In this document: positions 30,461-41,040 of the stretch, piece after piece
How the letters are laid out: each line of letters opens with the position of its first letter
How positions within the stretch are numbered: position 1 is the first letter of the stretch
Assembly: GCA_964601205.1 (NCBI GenBank)
Contig: CAZRML010000014.1
Location: 8,504-72,503 of the forward strand
Direction of reading: 5' to 3'
Length of the DNA: 64,000 nt
From: an uncultured Actinomycetota bacterium
GTDB lineage: Bacteria > Actinomycetota > Humimicrobiia > Humimicrobiales > Humimicrobiaceae
Position numbers and translations under genes: made by a program
Notes under the pieces: model-generated
Seen by the model: only the letters and a program-made list of their open reading frames with translations
What the model was told of the DNA's origin: nothing
Databases searched by the model: none

Positions 30461-32086
30461 ATGAGAAATAAAAAAATTCATATTACTATTATTATAATTT
30501 TTATTCTAATAATAGGTGTAAGTTTCTACTATATTTTTAGAGACTCAATTTCTAATTCTATAAAACTGGGGCTTGACCTTAAAGGTGGCACCCAGATTAT
30601 TCTCAAACCTGTGGGAGAGGAAGCGGAAGATATAACCCCGGAAAAGCTTAACCATACCATGGATATTATAAGGGACAGGATTGATAGGCTGGGTGTATCG
30701 GAACCTCTTATTACAAAAGACCAGGTCAATAATATTGTGGTCCAGCTTCCGGGAGTAGAGGACCCCGATAGCGCAAAAGAAATAATAGGCAAAACCGCAA
30801 ACCTTGAATTCCGCCTTGTCCGGGGTACTTTTGTTTCCAGAATAGATAACAGCTGGTCTATAGTTGGCATGGATTATGAAAACGGGGAACTGTTAATAGA
30901 CCCCGGGGCTGAAGAAACATTATTAATTGAAGATATAAATAAGTTTTATCAGGGTGAACCTGCAATGACCGGAGGCAGATTGATAACAAACCCTGAAAGT
31001 GGTGAGATAATCCTTGTTTCCCCTAAAAGTCAAACCGGGTCTGAGGAAACTCAGGAAGAAAATGATGATTCCAAAGAATACGATTTAAACTCTGAAGAAA
31101 TAATTGGTATTGTAGAATACGATGATGTGACGGGAGAGCTTTTCCTTGTTAAAGAGGATAAGAAGATAGGAGAAATACTCGTTGATTCAAGGACAGGCGC
31201 TGCAACTCTGGTTGGGCCCGTACTTATAGAGGGTGACGAAGGGCTTGCAAATGCAGTAGCCGGTTATGATAATTATGGAAATATAAGAGTTGGTTTAAGT
31301 TTTAAAGGCGAAGCAGTAGAAAAATTTGGTGAAATTACAACCGGAAATATTGGAAGAAACCTTGCCATTGTACTGGATGAGGAAATTGAATCGGCACCTT
31401 ATATTAATGTTCCGATAACAGACGGAGAAGCAGAAATTACAGGAATAAGCAGTATAGAAGAGGCAAAGAATATTGAACTCGTCCTGCAGACAGGGGCATT
31501 TCCCATTAACCTCAAGATAGAAGAAAGCAGCACTGTCGGCCCGACTCTCGGAATGGATTCATTAACCAGAGGGATATATGCTGGGATAGCCGGTTTTATT
31601 TTAATAATTGTCTTTATGTTCTTTTATTACCGGGGGTTCGGTATTTACTCTGCTATCGGGTTAATAATATATATTATAATTTTCTGGGGGATAATATCGG
31701 GTATAGGTGCTGCGCTCACACTCCCCGGTATAGCGGGAATTATACTGACCATAGGTATGGCGGTAGATGCGAATGTTATAATATTTGAAAGAATAAAAGA
31801 AGAGGTATTAAAAGATAAATCTCCAAGAATTGCCATAAGTGAGGGTTTCAAAAATGCAATAAGAACCATAACTGATTCCAATGTTACCACTCTAATTACG
31901 GCAGGTGCACTTTATCAGTTTGGTACCGGTCCCATTCAGGGTTTTGCGGTTACTTTAAGCATTGGTGTAGTAATAAGTATGGTGGTAAGCCTTTTATTTA
32001 CCAGGTCCTTTATATTTTTAATGGCCGGAATTCCCGGGATGTCATCCCCGGCATTTTTAGGAATAAGAAGAAAGAGCGGTGAGTAA
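30461..32086 (+). CDS. secD: Protein translocase subunit SecD
   Basis: LGLDLKGG is present, with a periplasmic domain and a C-terminal 6-TM block. Confidence 0.95.
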   Translation: MRNKKIHITIIIIFILIIGVSFYYIFRDSISNSIKLGLDLKGGTQIILKPVGEEAEDITPEKLNHTMDIIRDRIDRLGVSEPLITKDQVNNIVVQLPGVEDPDSAKEIIGKTANLEFRLVRGTFVSRIDNSWSIVGMDYENGELLIDPGAEETLLIEDINKFYQGEPAMTGGRLITNPESGEIILVSPKSQTGSEETQEENDDSKEYDLNSEEIIGIVEYDDVTGELFLVKEDKKIGEILVDSRTGAATLVGPVLIEGDEGLANAVAGYDNYGNIRVGLSFKGEAVEKFGEITTGNIGRNLAIVLDEEIESAPYINVPITDGEAEITGISSIEEAKNIELVLQTGAFPINLKIEESSTVGPTLGMDSLTRGIYAGIAGFILIIVFMFFYYRGFGIYSAIGLIIYIIIFWGIISGIGAALTLPGIAGIILTIGMAVDANVIIFERIKEEVLKDKSPRIAISEGFKNAIRTITDSNVTTLITAGALYQFGTGPIQGFAVTLSIGVVISMVVSLLFTRSFIFLMAGIPGMSSPAFLGIRRKSGE

Positions 32087-32092
32087 ACTATA

Positions 32093-33016
32093 TTGAAGTT
32101 TAGAAGTTATAATTTTAATTTTATAGGTAAAAAGAAAATATGGTTTTTCATATCACTTGCGGTGATACTGGCAGGAGTTATTGGATTTTTTGCCAATGGA
32201 GGGTTTAACCTGGGAATTGATTTTTTAGGCGGCTCACTTGTTGAAGTAAAATTTGAAAGAGATACCAGCACAGCCGAAATACGGGAAATCATGAGTGACA
32301 TCGGGCACCAGAATATAATAATACAGAGGGTGGTAAATAATTTAATACAGACAGAATCCGACAGGTTCATTATTAGAATAAAAGTAAAAGAAATAAGAAA
32401 ATCAATAACTGAAGAGGAAAAAAATGAAATACTGGATGCGCTGGATGAAAAAATAGGAGTTGAAGGGCAACTTCTACAGGATAGAGATGTAGACCCGGGT
32501 TTTGGGAATATACTTATATTGAATGCATTAAAAGCAATTGCCATAAGTATTGCAGGAATCCTGATATATGTATGGATTAGATTTGAATTCAGGTTTGGAG
32601 CAGTGGCAATTGCAGCTTTAATTCATGATGTCCTGGTTACAGTTGGGGTGTATGCTATTTTAAACCGCGAGATTAATACCTCAACCATAGCTGCTCTGCT
32701 TACCATTATGGGTTATTCTTTAAATGATACTATTGTTGTATTTGACAGAATAAGAGAAAATAACCCGCTTACAGGAAAGTTAGGTTATAGTGAAGTAGTC
32801 AATAATTCAATAAATGCAACACTGTCAAGGTCCATAAATACTTCTATAACCACGTTATTTCCGGTAATACTGCTTCTTATAATGGGGACCACAGCGCTAA
32901 AGGATTTTGCTGTGGCTCTTACTATAGGTATAATAACCGGAACGTACTCATCTATATTTTTTGCAAGCCCAATTCTTGTGGCGTGGAACAACAGGTTCCC
33001 AAAATTTAAGAAATAA
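32093..33016 (+). CDS. secF: Protein translocase subunit SecF
   Basis: GIDFLGGS and GYSLNDTIVVFDRIREN are present. Confidence 0.95.
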   Translation: MKFRSYNFNFIGKKKIWFFISLAVILAGVIGFFANGGFNLGIDFLGGSLVEVKFERDTSTAEIREIMSDIGHQNIIIQRVVNNLIQTESDRFIIRIKVKEIRKSITEEEKNEILDALDEKIGVEGQLLQDRDVDPGFGNILILNALKAIAISIAGILIYVWIRFEFRFGAVAIAALIHDVLVTVGVYAILNREINTSTIAALLTIMGYSLNDTIVVFDRIRENNPLTGKLGYSEVVNNSINATLSRSINTSITTLFPVILLLIMGTTALKDFAVALTIGIITGTYSSIFFASPILVAWNNRFPKFKK

Positions 33017-33019
33017 AAA

Positions 33020-34750
33020 ATGACGGATATTCCTTCCAACTGGATATGCAGAAATAAAAGAAAACCGGATGTAAAACTTTTAAAAGAAAAAAGATACAGC
33101 ACGGTTTTACTGGAACTTCTTGCCAGAAGAAATATAATAAACGGAGATGAAGTAATTTCTTTTCTTAATCCATCTCTTAAAAATCTCCGTGACCCCATGG
33201 AACTCCCCGGAATCAGTGAGGGCATAAGAAGGGTTAAAGAGGCACTGGTAAAAAAAGAGAATGTAATAATATTCGGGGACTATGATGCCGATGGGATCAT
33301 AAGCGCTGCGCTCATGTATAAATTTCTAAAAGAGCTGGGGCTGAATACAGATGTATATATACCCGACAGGTTTGAAGAGGGTTACGACCTGTCAGTTGAT
33401 TTTTTAAAAAGGGTAATAAGAGAAGGCAGGCATGATTTGATTATTTCAGTAGATTGTGGAACAAACTGTGTAGAGGTACAAGATTTTGTAAGAGAAAATT
33501 CATGTCCGGATATAATAGTATGTGACCATCACAATCAATCGGCTAATTTAAATAAAGTACCGGACAGGTATATAATAATTAATCCAAAACTTAAAGATTC
33601 CGGGTATAAATTTAAATATCTAAGCGGGGCAGCGGTTACTTTTAAATTTATAACCGCTATTTTAAGGAAACTTGACCATAAATTTAAGAAGAACTTTAAA
33701 AAAGATTATCTTACCTGTTTTCTGGACCTGGTTGCCATATCAACAATTGCGGATATAATGCCCCTGGTTGATGAAAACAGGATAATAGTAAAAAAGGGTC
33801 TTAAGGTTTTACAAAAAACCAGAAATAAGGGTCTTAAAAAAATGATAGATACTTTAGACGGAAAAAAGGGATATGTAGATGAATATGATATAGGATTTAT
33901 AATAGCCCCAAGATTAAATGCGGCAGGTAGAATTAAAAAGGCAGAAACAAGCTTTGACCTGTTAATTAAAGAAGGGAATACCCTGGATAAAATAGTAGAT
34001 AAACTTAATTCATTTAACAAGAGCAGGCAGAGGATACAGAAAGATATATTTAATGAGATAGTGGAAAATAATGACTTTAAGAGCATTATTGAAGAAAAAA
34101 GGATATTTATAGGTAAATCAAAAAACTGGAATGAAGGGGTTCTGGGAATAGTTGCTTCAAATATTGTAAAAAAGTTTAATATACCGGCTATTTTATTCAG
34201 GGAGTTTAAGGGCAGAGTTAAAGGCTCGGGGAGAAGTATAAATAAGTTTGATTTATATGAGAATTTAAATAAATTAAGTAATCTGTTTGATAGTTTTGGG
34301 GGGCACAGACTGGCATGCGGTATAAGCATGAACGTCATAAATTATGAAACTTTTTATGAGAGTCTGGTAAAAATTGCCAGCAATACTTTAAAAATAGATG
34401 ATATTGAGAAAATAAACATTTATGATGTTGAGATAAATTTTAAACATATAAGTAAAGGAATACTGAGAGATATTAATTTACTTAAACCATTTGGGAATGA
34501 AAATCCCGGACCCGTGTTTTTAACCAGAGACTGCGTTATAGATGATTTTTCTTACCTGTCAGAAGGGAAGCATATCAGGTTAAAACTTAAGCAAAATGGG
34601 ATAATAACAGATGCAATGTTATTCGGGGCGGATGAAAGGATAAAAGAAAAAATATTAAAAAATAATAAAATCAGTATTTTATATAGAATTGAGGAAAATA
34701 ACCGGGGCAATTTTGGGACTACAGGGCTTGTTATTATTGACTTATTTTAG
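33020..34750 (+). CDS. recJ: Single-stranded-DNA-specific exonuclease RecJ
   Basis: The DHH family motifs FGDYDADGI and VCDHHN and a DHHA1 region are present. Confidence 0.95.
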   Translation: MTDIPSNWICRNKRKPDVKLLKEKRYSTVLLELLARRNIINGDEVISFLNPSLKNLRDPMELPGISEGIRRVKEALVKKENVIIFGDYDADGIISAALMYKFLKELGLNTDVYIPDRFEEGYDLSVDFLKRVIREGRHDLIISVDCGTNCVEVQDFVRENSCPDIIVCDHHNQSANLNKVPDRYIIINPKLKDSGYKFKYLSGAAVTFKFITAILRKLDHKFKKNFKKDYLTCFLDLVAISTIADIMPLVDENRIIVKKGLKVLQKTRNKGLKKMIDTLDGKKGYVDEYDIGFIIAPRLNAAGRIKKAETSFDLLIKEGNTLDKIVDKLNSFNKSRQRIQKDIFNEIVENNDFKSIIEEKRIFIGKSKNWNEGVLGIVASNIVKKFNIPAILFREFKGRVKGSGRSINKFDLYENLNKLSNLFDSFGGHRLACGISMNVINYETFYESLVKIASNTLKIDDIEKINIYDVEINFKHISKGILRDINLLKPFGNENPGPVFLTRDCVIDDFSYLSEGKHIRLKLKQNGIITDAMLFGADERIKEKILKNNKISILYRIEENNRGNFGTTGLVIIDLF

Positions 34751-34815
34751 GGAATTAGAAAATGTTTTATAATAATGTTTATAAATTTAAATAATTAATA
34801 AAAATTTCGGCGAAA

Positions 34816-37026
34816 ATGGGTTTAAAAGTAAATAATAAATCAAAAAATATAAATACGGACCTCATATATAAGAAATTAATAAGCAGGATAAAATCTTATA
34901 ATCCTGATGTGGATGAGGAGCTGCTGAATAAAGCCTACCAGACGTCAAAGAAATATCATAAGAACCAGTACAGGAAATCAGGCGAACCCTACATAGTTCA
35001 TCCGCTTGAGGTTGCGGGAATACTTGCTGATATTGAACTGGACCAGGTTTCTATTGTTTCGGCAATTTTACATGATGTTATAGAGGATACGGATTACAGC
35101 CTGGAAATGGCCAGAAAGGAATTTGGACAGAAAATTGCCAATATCATAAACGGGGTAACAAAATTAGATAAAATTGTTTTTGACAGCAAGGAAGAACAGC
35201 AGGTAAACAATATAAGAAAAATGATAATTGCTATGTCTGAAGATGTCAGGATAATACTTGTAAAGCTTGCCGACCGCCTTCACAATATGAGGACATTGCA
35301 TTTTCTGGATGAGGAAAAGAGAAGAAAAAATTCCACAGAAACCCTTGAAGTCTATGCTCCTATCGCTCACAGGCTGGGTATTTACCAGATAAAATCAGAG
35401 CTGGAGGATTTGAGTTTTGAATATCTTTATCCGAGGGAATATTCAAAAATAAAAAATATGTTTGATGAAAAGCTGGAAGAAAGGAAGCTTCTTATAAAAG
35501 AGGCCATAAAGATAGTAAATAAAAAGTTAAAAGAGGTAAATATTCCTGTTGATATAAGCGGAAGAATAAAAACTTATTACAGCGTATATAATAAAATTAC
35601 CAGGCAGAATAGAAAGTTTGAAGATATATACGATATAATAGCAATAAGGATTATAGTTAATGATGTAAAGAGCTGCTATGCAGTGCTGGGAATAATACAC
35701 TCATTATGGAAACCGGTTCCGGGAAGATTCAAAGATTTTATTGCAAATCCCAAGTTTAACATGTACCAGTCTCTTCATACCACAGTCATGGGTTTAAAGG
35801 GCAAGCCTCTTGAAATACAGATAAGAACTTTTGAAATGCATAAATTTGCAGAGTATGGTATTGCGGCTCACTATAAGTATAAGGAAGGCAATATAAAAAA
35901 GTTAAGTGATTTTGATAAAAGGGTTGCATGGATAAGGCAACTGCTGGACTGGCAGAAAGAGCTAAAGGACCCGCGTGACTATATGGAGTCTCTTAAACTT
36001 GATTTATTTGAAGAAGAAGTTTTCGTGTTTACTCCTAAAGGGAAAGTTATAAATCTACCGAGAGGGGCCACTACTATAGACTTTGCCTATCAGATACATA
36101 CTGATATCGGGCACAATATCATAGGTGCAAAGATAAATGGCAGGATGGTTCCCATAGAAACCATTCTTGAAAATGGTGATATAGTAGAGATAATTGTATC
36201 AAGAAATAAGAAAGGACCCAGCAGGGACTGGCTTAATATAGTAAAAACTTCACGGGCGCGAAATAAAATAAAACAATGGTTCAGCAAAGAACAAAGACAG
36301 GAAACGTACAATAAAGGCAGAGATATAATGCTGAAGGTTTTAAGGAAGAACAGCCTTTCTTTCAAGAGTGTCCCCATGGAAGTTTTTGATGAAGTTGCGG
36401 GGGAAATGAACTTTGAAAAGGTGGACAGTCTTTTCAGGAACATTGGTTCACGCAGAGTGTCGGCACACCAGGTTTTTACCAGAATAGTAAAGAAACTGAA
36501 TCAGAAAGAAACAGAGAAAGAATTAACTATTGAAGACATTCACAGTAAAGAACTGCAGGGAAAGGAAAGCACAGGGATAAGGGTCAGGGGAATGGAAAAA
36601 GTGCTGGTGACCATAGCAAAATGCTGTAATCCTGTGCCGGGTGATAAGATAGTAGGATACATAACAAGAGGAAAGGGTATCTCTGTTCACAGGGCTGACT
36701 GCACAAATATAAGCACCCTGATGAATAGCGAAAAGCAAAGATTTATAGAAGTTGAATGGGATAAGAAAGCTCCATATAAATTTAATTCCGAAATACAGAT
36801 TGAAGCGCTTGACAGGACTAAATTGCTTCGTGACATAACAAATGTTATTAGTGAATATGATTTAAATATAGTAAGTGCCAACACTCTGAGGGTTAATAAA
36901 AGCGGACATATTAAATTCAGGTTTTTAATAGAGATTAATAATAAATATATTTTAAAAGATGTTATTAATAACCTGAAACAGGTAGATTCAGTTTATGATG
37001 CTTACAGGGTTTTGCCCAGAAAGTAG
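34816..37026 (+). CDS. relA: Bifunctional (p)ppGpp synthetase/hydrolase RelA/SpoT homologue
   Basis: An HD hydrolase domain (HPLEVA...HDVIEDT), a synthetase block (RIKTYYSVYNKI...DIIAIRII) and TGS and ACT regions are present. Confidence 0.95.
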   Translation: MGLKVNNKSKNINTDLIYKKLISRIKSYNPDVDEELLNKAYQTSKKYHKNQYRKSGEPYIVHPLEVAGILADIELDQVSIVSAILHDVIEDTDYSLEMARKEFGQKIANIINGVTKLDKIVFDSKEEQQVNNIRKMIIAMSEDVRIILVKLADRLHNMRTLHFLDEEKRRKNSTETLEVYAPIAHRLGIYQIKSELEDLSFEYLYPREYSKIKNMFDEKLEERKLLIKEAIKIVNKKLKEVNIPVDISGRIKTYYSVYNKITRQNRKFEDIYDIIAIRIIVNDVKSCYAVLGIIHSLWKPVPGRFKDFIANPKFNMYQSLHTTVMGLKGKPLEIQIRTFEMHKFAEYGIAAHYKYKEGNIKKLSDFDKRVAWIRQLLDWQKELKDPRDYMESLKLDLFEEEVFVFTPKGKVINLPRGATTIDFAYQIHTDIGHNIIGAKINGRMVPIETILENGDIVEIIVSRNKKGPSRDWLNIVKTSRARNKIKQWFSKEQRQETYNKGRDIMLKVLRKNSLSFKSVPMEVFDEVAGEMNFEKVDSLFRNIGSRRVSAHQVFTRIVKKLNQKETEKELTIEDIHSKELQGKESTGIRVRGMEKVLVTIAKCCNPVPGDKIVGYITRGKGISVHRADCTNISTLMNSEKQRFIEVEWDKKAPYKFNSEIQIEALDRTKLLRDITNVISEYDLNIVSANTLRVNKSGHIKFRFLIEINNKYILKDVINNLKQVDSVYDAYRVLPRK

Positions 37027-37035
37027 AAAGCTACA

Positions 37036-37671
37036 TTGATTTTAAAAAGATTGGAATTAGGGGTTTTAAAAGCTAACTGTTATATTTTATCACTGGATTC
37101 TGCAAATGTGATAGTAGACCCGGGCGGAGATTTTGACACTATAAAAAAAAATCTTAACTATTACAATATAAAACCTGATTTTATATTAAATACCCACGGT
37201 CATTTCGATCATATTGGAGCCGTTGATGATATAATTGGATATTACAATATTCCTTTTTATATACACGAGCTTGAGGAACAAATTATAACAGATCCCGGGA
37301 AGAATCTTTCTTCATTTTTTGGAAGAAATGAATTATCATTAAAAATTTATGATTTAATAAAAGATTCGGATTATAAGTATTTTAAGGATCTGGGTATTGA
37401 AATTATAAATGTCCCGGGTCATACGCCCGGAAGTGTAATGTTTAAAATAGATAACTTTCTTTTAACCGGAGATTTAATTTTTAAAGGTGCAATGGGAAGG
37501 ATAGATTTACCGGGAGGAGACATACAGCAGATAAGGGATTCACTAAGAAAATTAAAAAAAATGGACGGGAGTTTGACAATATATCCTGGTCATGGCGAAA
37601 AAAGCACCATTGAATACGAAATAAAAACAAATTATTATCTTAAGGGTAAGTTCTTGGGTGAAAGAAATTAA
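37036..37671 (+). CDS. MBL-fold metallo-hydrolase
   Basis: HGHFDHIG motif and a TTG start. Confidence 0.85.
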   Translation: MILKRLELGVLKANCYILSLDSANVIVDPGGDFDTIKKNLNYYNIKPDFILNTHGHFDHIGAVDDIIGYYNIPFYIHELEEQIITDPGKNLSSFFGRNELSLKIYDLIKDSDYKYFKDLGIEIINVPGHTPGSVMFKIDNFLLTGDLIFKGAMGRIDLPGGDIQQIRDSLRKLKKMDGSLTIYPGHGEKSTIEYEIKTNYYLKGKFLGERN

Positions 37672-37702
37672 AAATGGAATATTATTAAAAAGGTGATTTA
37701 TT

Positions 37703-38974
37703 TTGAAAATAAATTCTCCAAGAGGAACGGCAGATTTATACGGTGAGAATATAGATTACAGGAATTTTGTTATAGATACTGCCCGCCAGGTATTTAAGGT
37801 TTTTAACTATAAAGAAATAATAACTCCTACTTTTGAGTATACCGGGGTATTCAGTAGAAGTATAGGAGAAGTTACTGATATTGTTCAGAAGGAAATGTAT
37901 ACGTTCCAGGATAAGAAGGGAAGGTCGCTGACCCTGAGACCTGAAGGGACAGCATCTATAGCCAGGGCTGTTATAGAGAATAAACTGTTATTTGAAAATA
38001 TTCCGTTAAAGGTTTTCTATATTGGTAACATGTTCAGGTATGAAAGGCCCCAGAAGGGCAGAATGAGAGAGTTCTGGCAGCTTGGAGTAGAATCTATTGG
38101 CACCGATAACCCGCTTATAGATGCAGAGGTTATATGGATTTTGAATTCTTTTTTTGAGAAACTGGGATTTAAGAAGCTGGTACTCAAAATAAATAGTATA
38201 GGATGCAGTGAATGCAGGGAAAAATTTCTTTTTGAGTTCAAAAAATATCTGAAGCCGGAGATAGGTAAACTGTGCACTGACTGTCAGAAGAGGTTTGAAA
38301 AGAATGCTCTCAGGATATTTGATTGTAAGAAAAGTGGCTGCAGGAGTGTATTAAAGAAAGCACCTTCAATTTTTTCTTATTTATGTCCTGGATGCAGGAA
38401 GAATTTTGAGGATGTTTTAAAATATCTGGAAGCTCTTGATATAAATTACAGGATTGACGAAAGCCTTGTCAGGGGTTTTGACTATTACACAAGAACAATT
38501 TTTGAAATAATATCAGAAGACCTCAATAGTGCGCAGAATGCCCTGGGCGGTGGAGGAAGATATGATAATCTACTGAAACAGCTGGGTGGCCCGGATTTAC
38601 CGGCAACAGGGTTTGCCGTTGGAATTGACCGGACAATTATGCTGATGAAGCAGCTAAATTTAAAGGTTGAGAAAAATGAAGAAAAGGCAAGAATTTATTT
38701 AATGGCAATGGATAAGAATTGCAAGCTTTATTCTTTAGATATTTTAAGGTATCTGAGGGAAGAGAAATTTATATGCGATATAAATTTTAATAAACGGAGT
38801 TTGAAGAAAGAGATAAAATGGGCTGGCGAGAATGATTATGATTTTATTTTCATAATTGGAGAAGATGAAATTAAAAATGGTTCTATTACCATAAAAGATA
38901 TTAAAAAGTACAGCCAATACCAGGTTAGCTGGGAGAATGAAAAGGAAAAAATAAAAAAGATTATAGGAGCTTGA
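37703..38974 (+). CDS. hisS: Histidine--tRNA ligase
   Basis: Class II motifs are present, including MFRYERPQKGRMREFWQLG and GGGRYDNL. Confidence 0.95.
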   Translation: MKINSPRGTADLYGENIDYRNFVIDTARQVFKVFNYKEIITPTFEYTGVFSRSIGEVTDIVQKEMYTFQDKKGRSLTLRPEGTASIARAVIENKLLFENIPLKVFYIGNMFRYERPQKGRMREFWQLGVESIGTDNPLIDAEVIWILNSFFEKLGFKKLVLKINSIGCSECREKFLFEFKKYLKPEIGKLCTDCQKRFEKNALRIFDCKKSGCRSVLKKAPSIFSYLCPGCRKNFEDVLKYLEALDINYRIDESLVRGFDYYTRTIFEIISEDLNSAQNALGGGGRYDNLLKQLGGPDLPATGFAVGIDRTIMLMKQLNLKVEKNEEKARIYLMAMDKNCKLYSLDILRYLREEKFICDINFNKRSLKKEIKWAGENDYDFIFIIGEDEIKNGSITIKDIKKYSQYQVSWENEKEKIKKIIGA

Positions 38975-38976
38975 TT

Positions 38977-40773
38977 ATGGTTAATTCTGTATTCAGTACA
39001 GGCATGAGAACAGACCTGTGCGGAGAAATAGATAAAGCGTATAAAGGTAAAGAGGTTACTTTAAGTGGCTGGGTTAATAAAAGAAGGGACCACGGAAAGT
39101 TAATATTTGTAGACTTAAGAGATTTTTCAGGAGTGGTTCAGCTAATTTTTGATTCTAAAATAAATAAAAATTCTTATTTAATGGCGAGGGAAATAAGGAA
39201 TGAATATGTTATTAAAATAACCGGTAAAGTTAGGATGAGGTCAAAAGACACGGTTAACCTTTCTATATCAACAGGTGAAATAGAAATAGTTGTAGAGGAT
39301 GTAACTGTTTTTAGCGGGTCAAAAACGCCCCCCTTTATGATTGAAGATAGAAATAAAGTGGAAGAAAATGTCAGGCTGGAGTACAGATATATTGATTTAA
39401 GATCAAAAAAAATGCAGGAGAATATAAGATTGAGGCATAAAATAACTGCTGCTGCACATGATTATTTTAATTCCAGGGGATTTTTAGAAATAGAAACCCC
39501 TGTACTGGGAAAAAGCACTCCTGAAGGAGCGCGGGATTTTCTGGTACCTTCGAGATTAAATCCCGGCAAGTTTTATGCTTTGCCCCAGTCCCCACAGCTA
39601 TTTAAACAGATACTCATGTTTTCTGGTTTTGACAGGTGCTACCAGATTGCAAGATGTTTCAGGGATGAAGATTTAAGGGCGGACAGGCAGCCTGAATTCA
39701 CGCAGATAGATTTAGAGATGACTTTTGTGGAGGTGGAAGACGTGATAAGGATAATAGAAGGTTTATTTAATTATTTATTCAAAACGGTATTTGGAAAAGA
39801 AATAGAATCTTCTTTTAAAAGAATAACATGGAAAGATAGTATGGAAATTTATGGCACAGATAAGCCCGATTTAAGGTTTGGTCTTGATATAAAAGATATC
39901 TCAGGAATATTTAAAAAAAGTGGGCTGAAGATTTTCAGTAACACATTAAAAAAGGATGATGGCGTTATAAGAGGGATAGTAATTGATGACTGTCCTACTC
40001 TTACCAGAAAGGATATTGATGATATTGTAGAGATGGCAAAAAAGAGCGGGGCCGGAGGGCTGATATGGATTAAAATTGGTAAAAATCTGGATTTTCAGTC
40101 ACCGGTAGCAAAGTTTCTTTCTGAAAAAGAAAAAAAAGATTTAATTAAAACTTTAAGCTTAAAAGAAAATAATCTACTACTGATAATTGCTGATAAATAC
40201 ATGGTGGCCTGCAGGAGTCTCGGTATTATAAGAAATCATGTTGCGCATAAGCTAAAATTAGTGAATGAAGACAGCTTCAATTTTATATGGGTTTATGACT
40301 TTCCACTATTTGAGTGGGACGATAGAGAAAAGAGGATAAGTCCCGTTCATCATCCATTTACAAAACCTGATGATAACACAGCAGGTTATCTTGATAAAGA
40401 TCCTTTAAAAGTGAAATCGGAAGCCTATGATATTGTATTAAACGGGGAAGAAATAGGAGGAGGCTCTATAAGAATAAATGATGCGGATTTACAAAAAAAG
40501 ATTTTTAAAATTCTTAAGATAGATGAAAAAAGAGTAGAAGAGAATTTCGGGTTTTTTGTCAGGGCAATGGAATATGGTATTCCTCCACACGGAGGTATTG
40601 CCCTGGGAATGGACAGACTGGTTATGCTATTAGGGAAACTTGAAAGCATCAGGGAGGTTATAGCATTTCCCAAGACACAGTCAGCAGTATGCATGCTTAC
40701 AGGCTCACCTTCTGTTGTCAGCGGGGAACAGCTAGAGGAAGTTCATATTAACATTACGGAGGAAGAAAAATAA
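38977..40773 (+). CDS. aspS: Aspartate--tRNA ligase
   Basis: FRDEDLRADRQPEFTQIDLEMTF and GGGSIRI are present. ATG 38977 lies 7 nt after AGGAG and is preferred to the track start at TTG 38971. Confidence 0.95.
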   Translation: MVNSVFSTGMRTDLCGEIDKAYKGKEVTLSGWVNKRRDHGKLIFVDLRDFSGVVQLIFDSKINKNSYLMAREIRNEYVIKITGKVRMRSKDTVNLSISTGEIEIVVEDVTVFSGSKTPPFMIEDRNKVEENVRLEYRYIDLRSKKMQENIRLRHKITAAAHDYFNSRGFLEIETPVLGKSTPEGARDFLVPSRLNPGKFYALPQSPQLFKQILMFSGFDRCYQIARCFRDEDLRADRQPEFTQIDLEMTFVEVEDVIRIIEGLFNYLFKTVFGKEIESSFKRITWKDSMEIYGTDKPDLRFGLDIKDISGIFKKSGLKIFSNTLKKDDGVIRGIVIDDCPTLTRKDIDDIVEMAKKSGAGGLIWIKIGKNLDFQSPVAKFLSEKEKKDLIKTLSLKENNLLLIIADKYMVACRSLGIIRNHVAHKLKLVNEDSFNFIWVYDFPLFEWDDREKRISPVHHPFTKPDDNTAGYLDKDPLKVKSEAYDIVLNGEEIGGGSIRINDADLQKKIFKILKIDEKRVEENFGFFVRAMEYGIPPHGGIALGMDRLVMLLGKLESIREVIAFPKTQSAVCMLTGSPSVVSGEQLEEVHINITEEEK

Positions 40774-40811
40774 AGAAAATAAGTATTGCTGCAGTGTTAA
40801 TTTGTGATTTA

Positions 40812-40840
40812 TTGAATAAACTTTTTAATTATGATAACAT
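40812..40840 (+). promoter_or_regulatory. Sigma-A type promoter TTGAAT-17-(TGa)TAACAT for the downstream RNA gene
   Basis: The -35 is 40812-40817 and the extended -10 is 40832-40840. The predicted +1 near 40847 coincides with the first base of the RNA closing stem. Confidence 0.5.
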
Positions 40841-40846
40841 CATGCC

Positions 40847-41040
40847 GGGTACTCTGTTTATGTCGTAACTAAAGTTTAATTTTTGTGCCAACAAATTTAC
40901 ATTGGAAGCCCGGTCTTTGATTGTAGCATAAATGCCCGCTCCAAGCGGGACTTATAAAACAGTCAGGAGGGCATCCACCTGCAGAGCGCAGGGCGCAAAA
41001 AACTTCCTGTAGTTACGAGTAAATGGAGTATCCGTTTTGT
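40847..41040 (+). ncRNA. ssrS: Candidate 6S RNA (rod-shaped, about 190 nt)
   Basis: A 25-bp closing stem pairs 40846-40871 with 41010-41034. A central bubble sets 40890-40903 opposite 40977-40991, bracketed by GC-rich helices. A terminal arm ends in the apical hairpin 40935-40949. Seven G.U pairs are valid only on the + strand, and a U-run follows the closing stem. The position directly downstream of aspS matches B. subtilis bsrA. Confidence 0.6.

Noticed and set aside
33706-34338. A 210-aa minus-strand ORF inside recJ, plus similar long antisense ORFs (for example 910..1128, 998..1213, 21599..22048, 26354..26800, 32107..32544, 32785..33225, 30529..30870).
   Set aside because: All lie fully inside well-supported conserved genes on the opposite strand. 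They translate to Ser/Leu/Phe/Ile-rich low-complexity strings, as expected from the antisense of Lys/Glu/Asn-rich coding sequence. I saw no RBS or recognisable motifs.
40847-41040. T-box leader for alaS, or SRP (4.5S/scRNA) RNA, as alternative identities for the structured element downstream of aspS.
   Set aside because: There is no T-box consensus (AAnnnGGGUGGnACCGCG), no specifier-loop or antiterminator layout, and the 5' and 3' ends pair with each other. There is also no SRP domain IV signature (GGAA tetraloop with flanking AGCA/GNAR loops). The rod with a central bubble fits 6S better.
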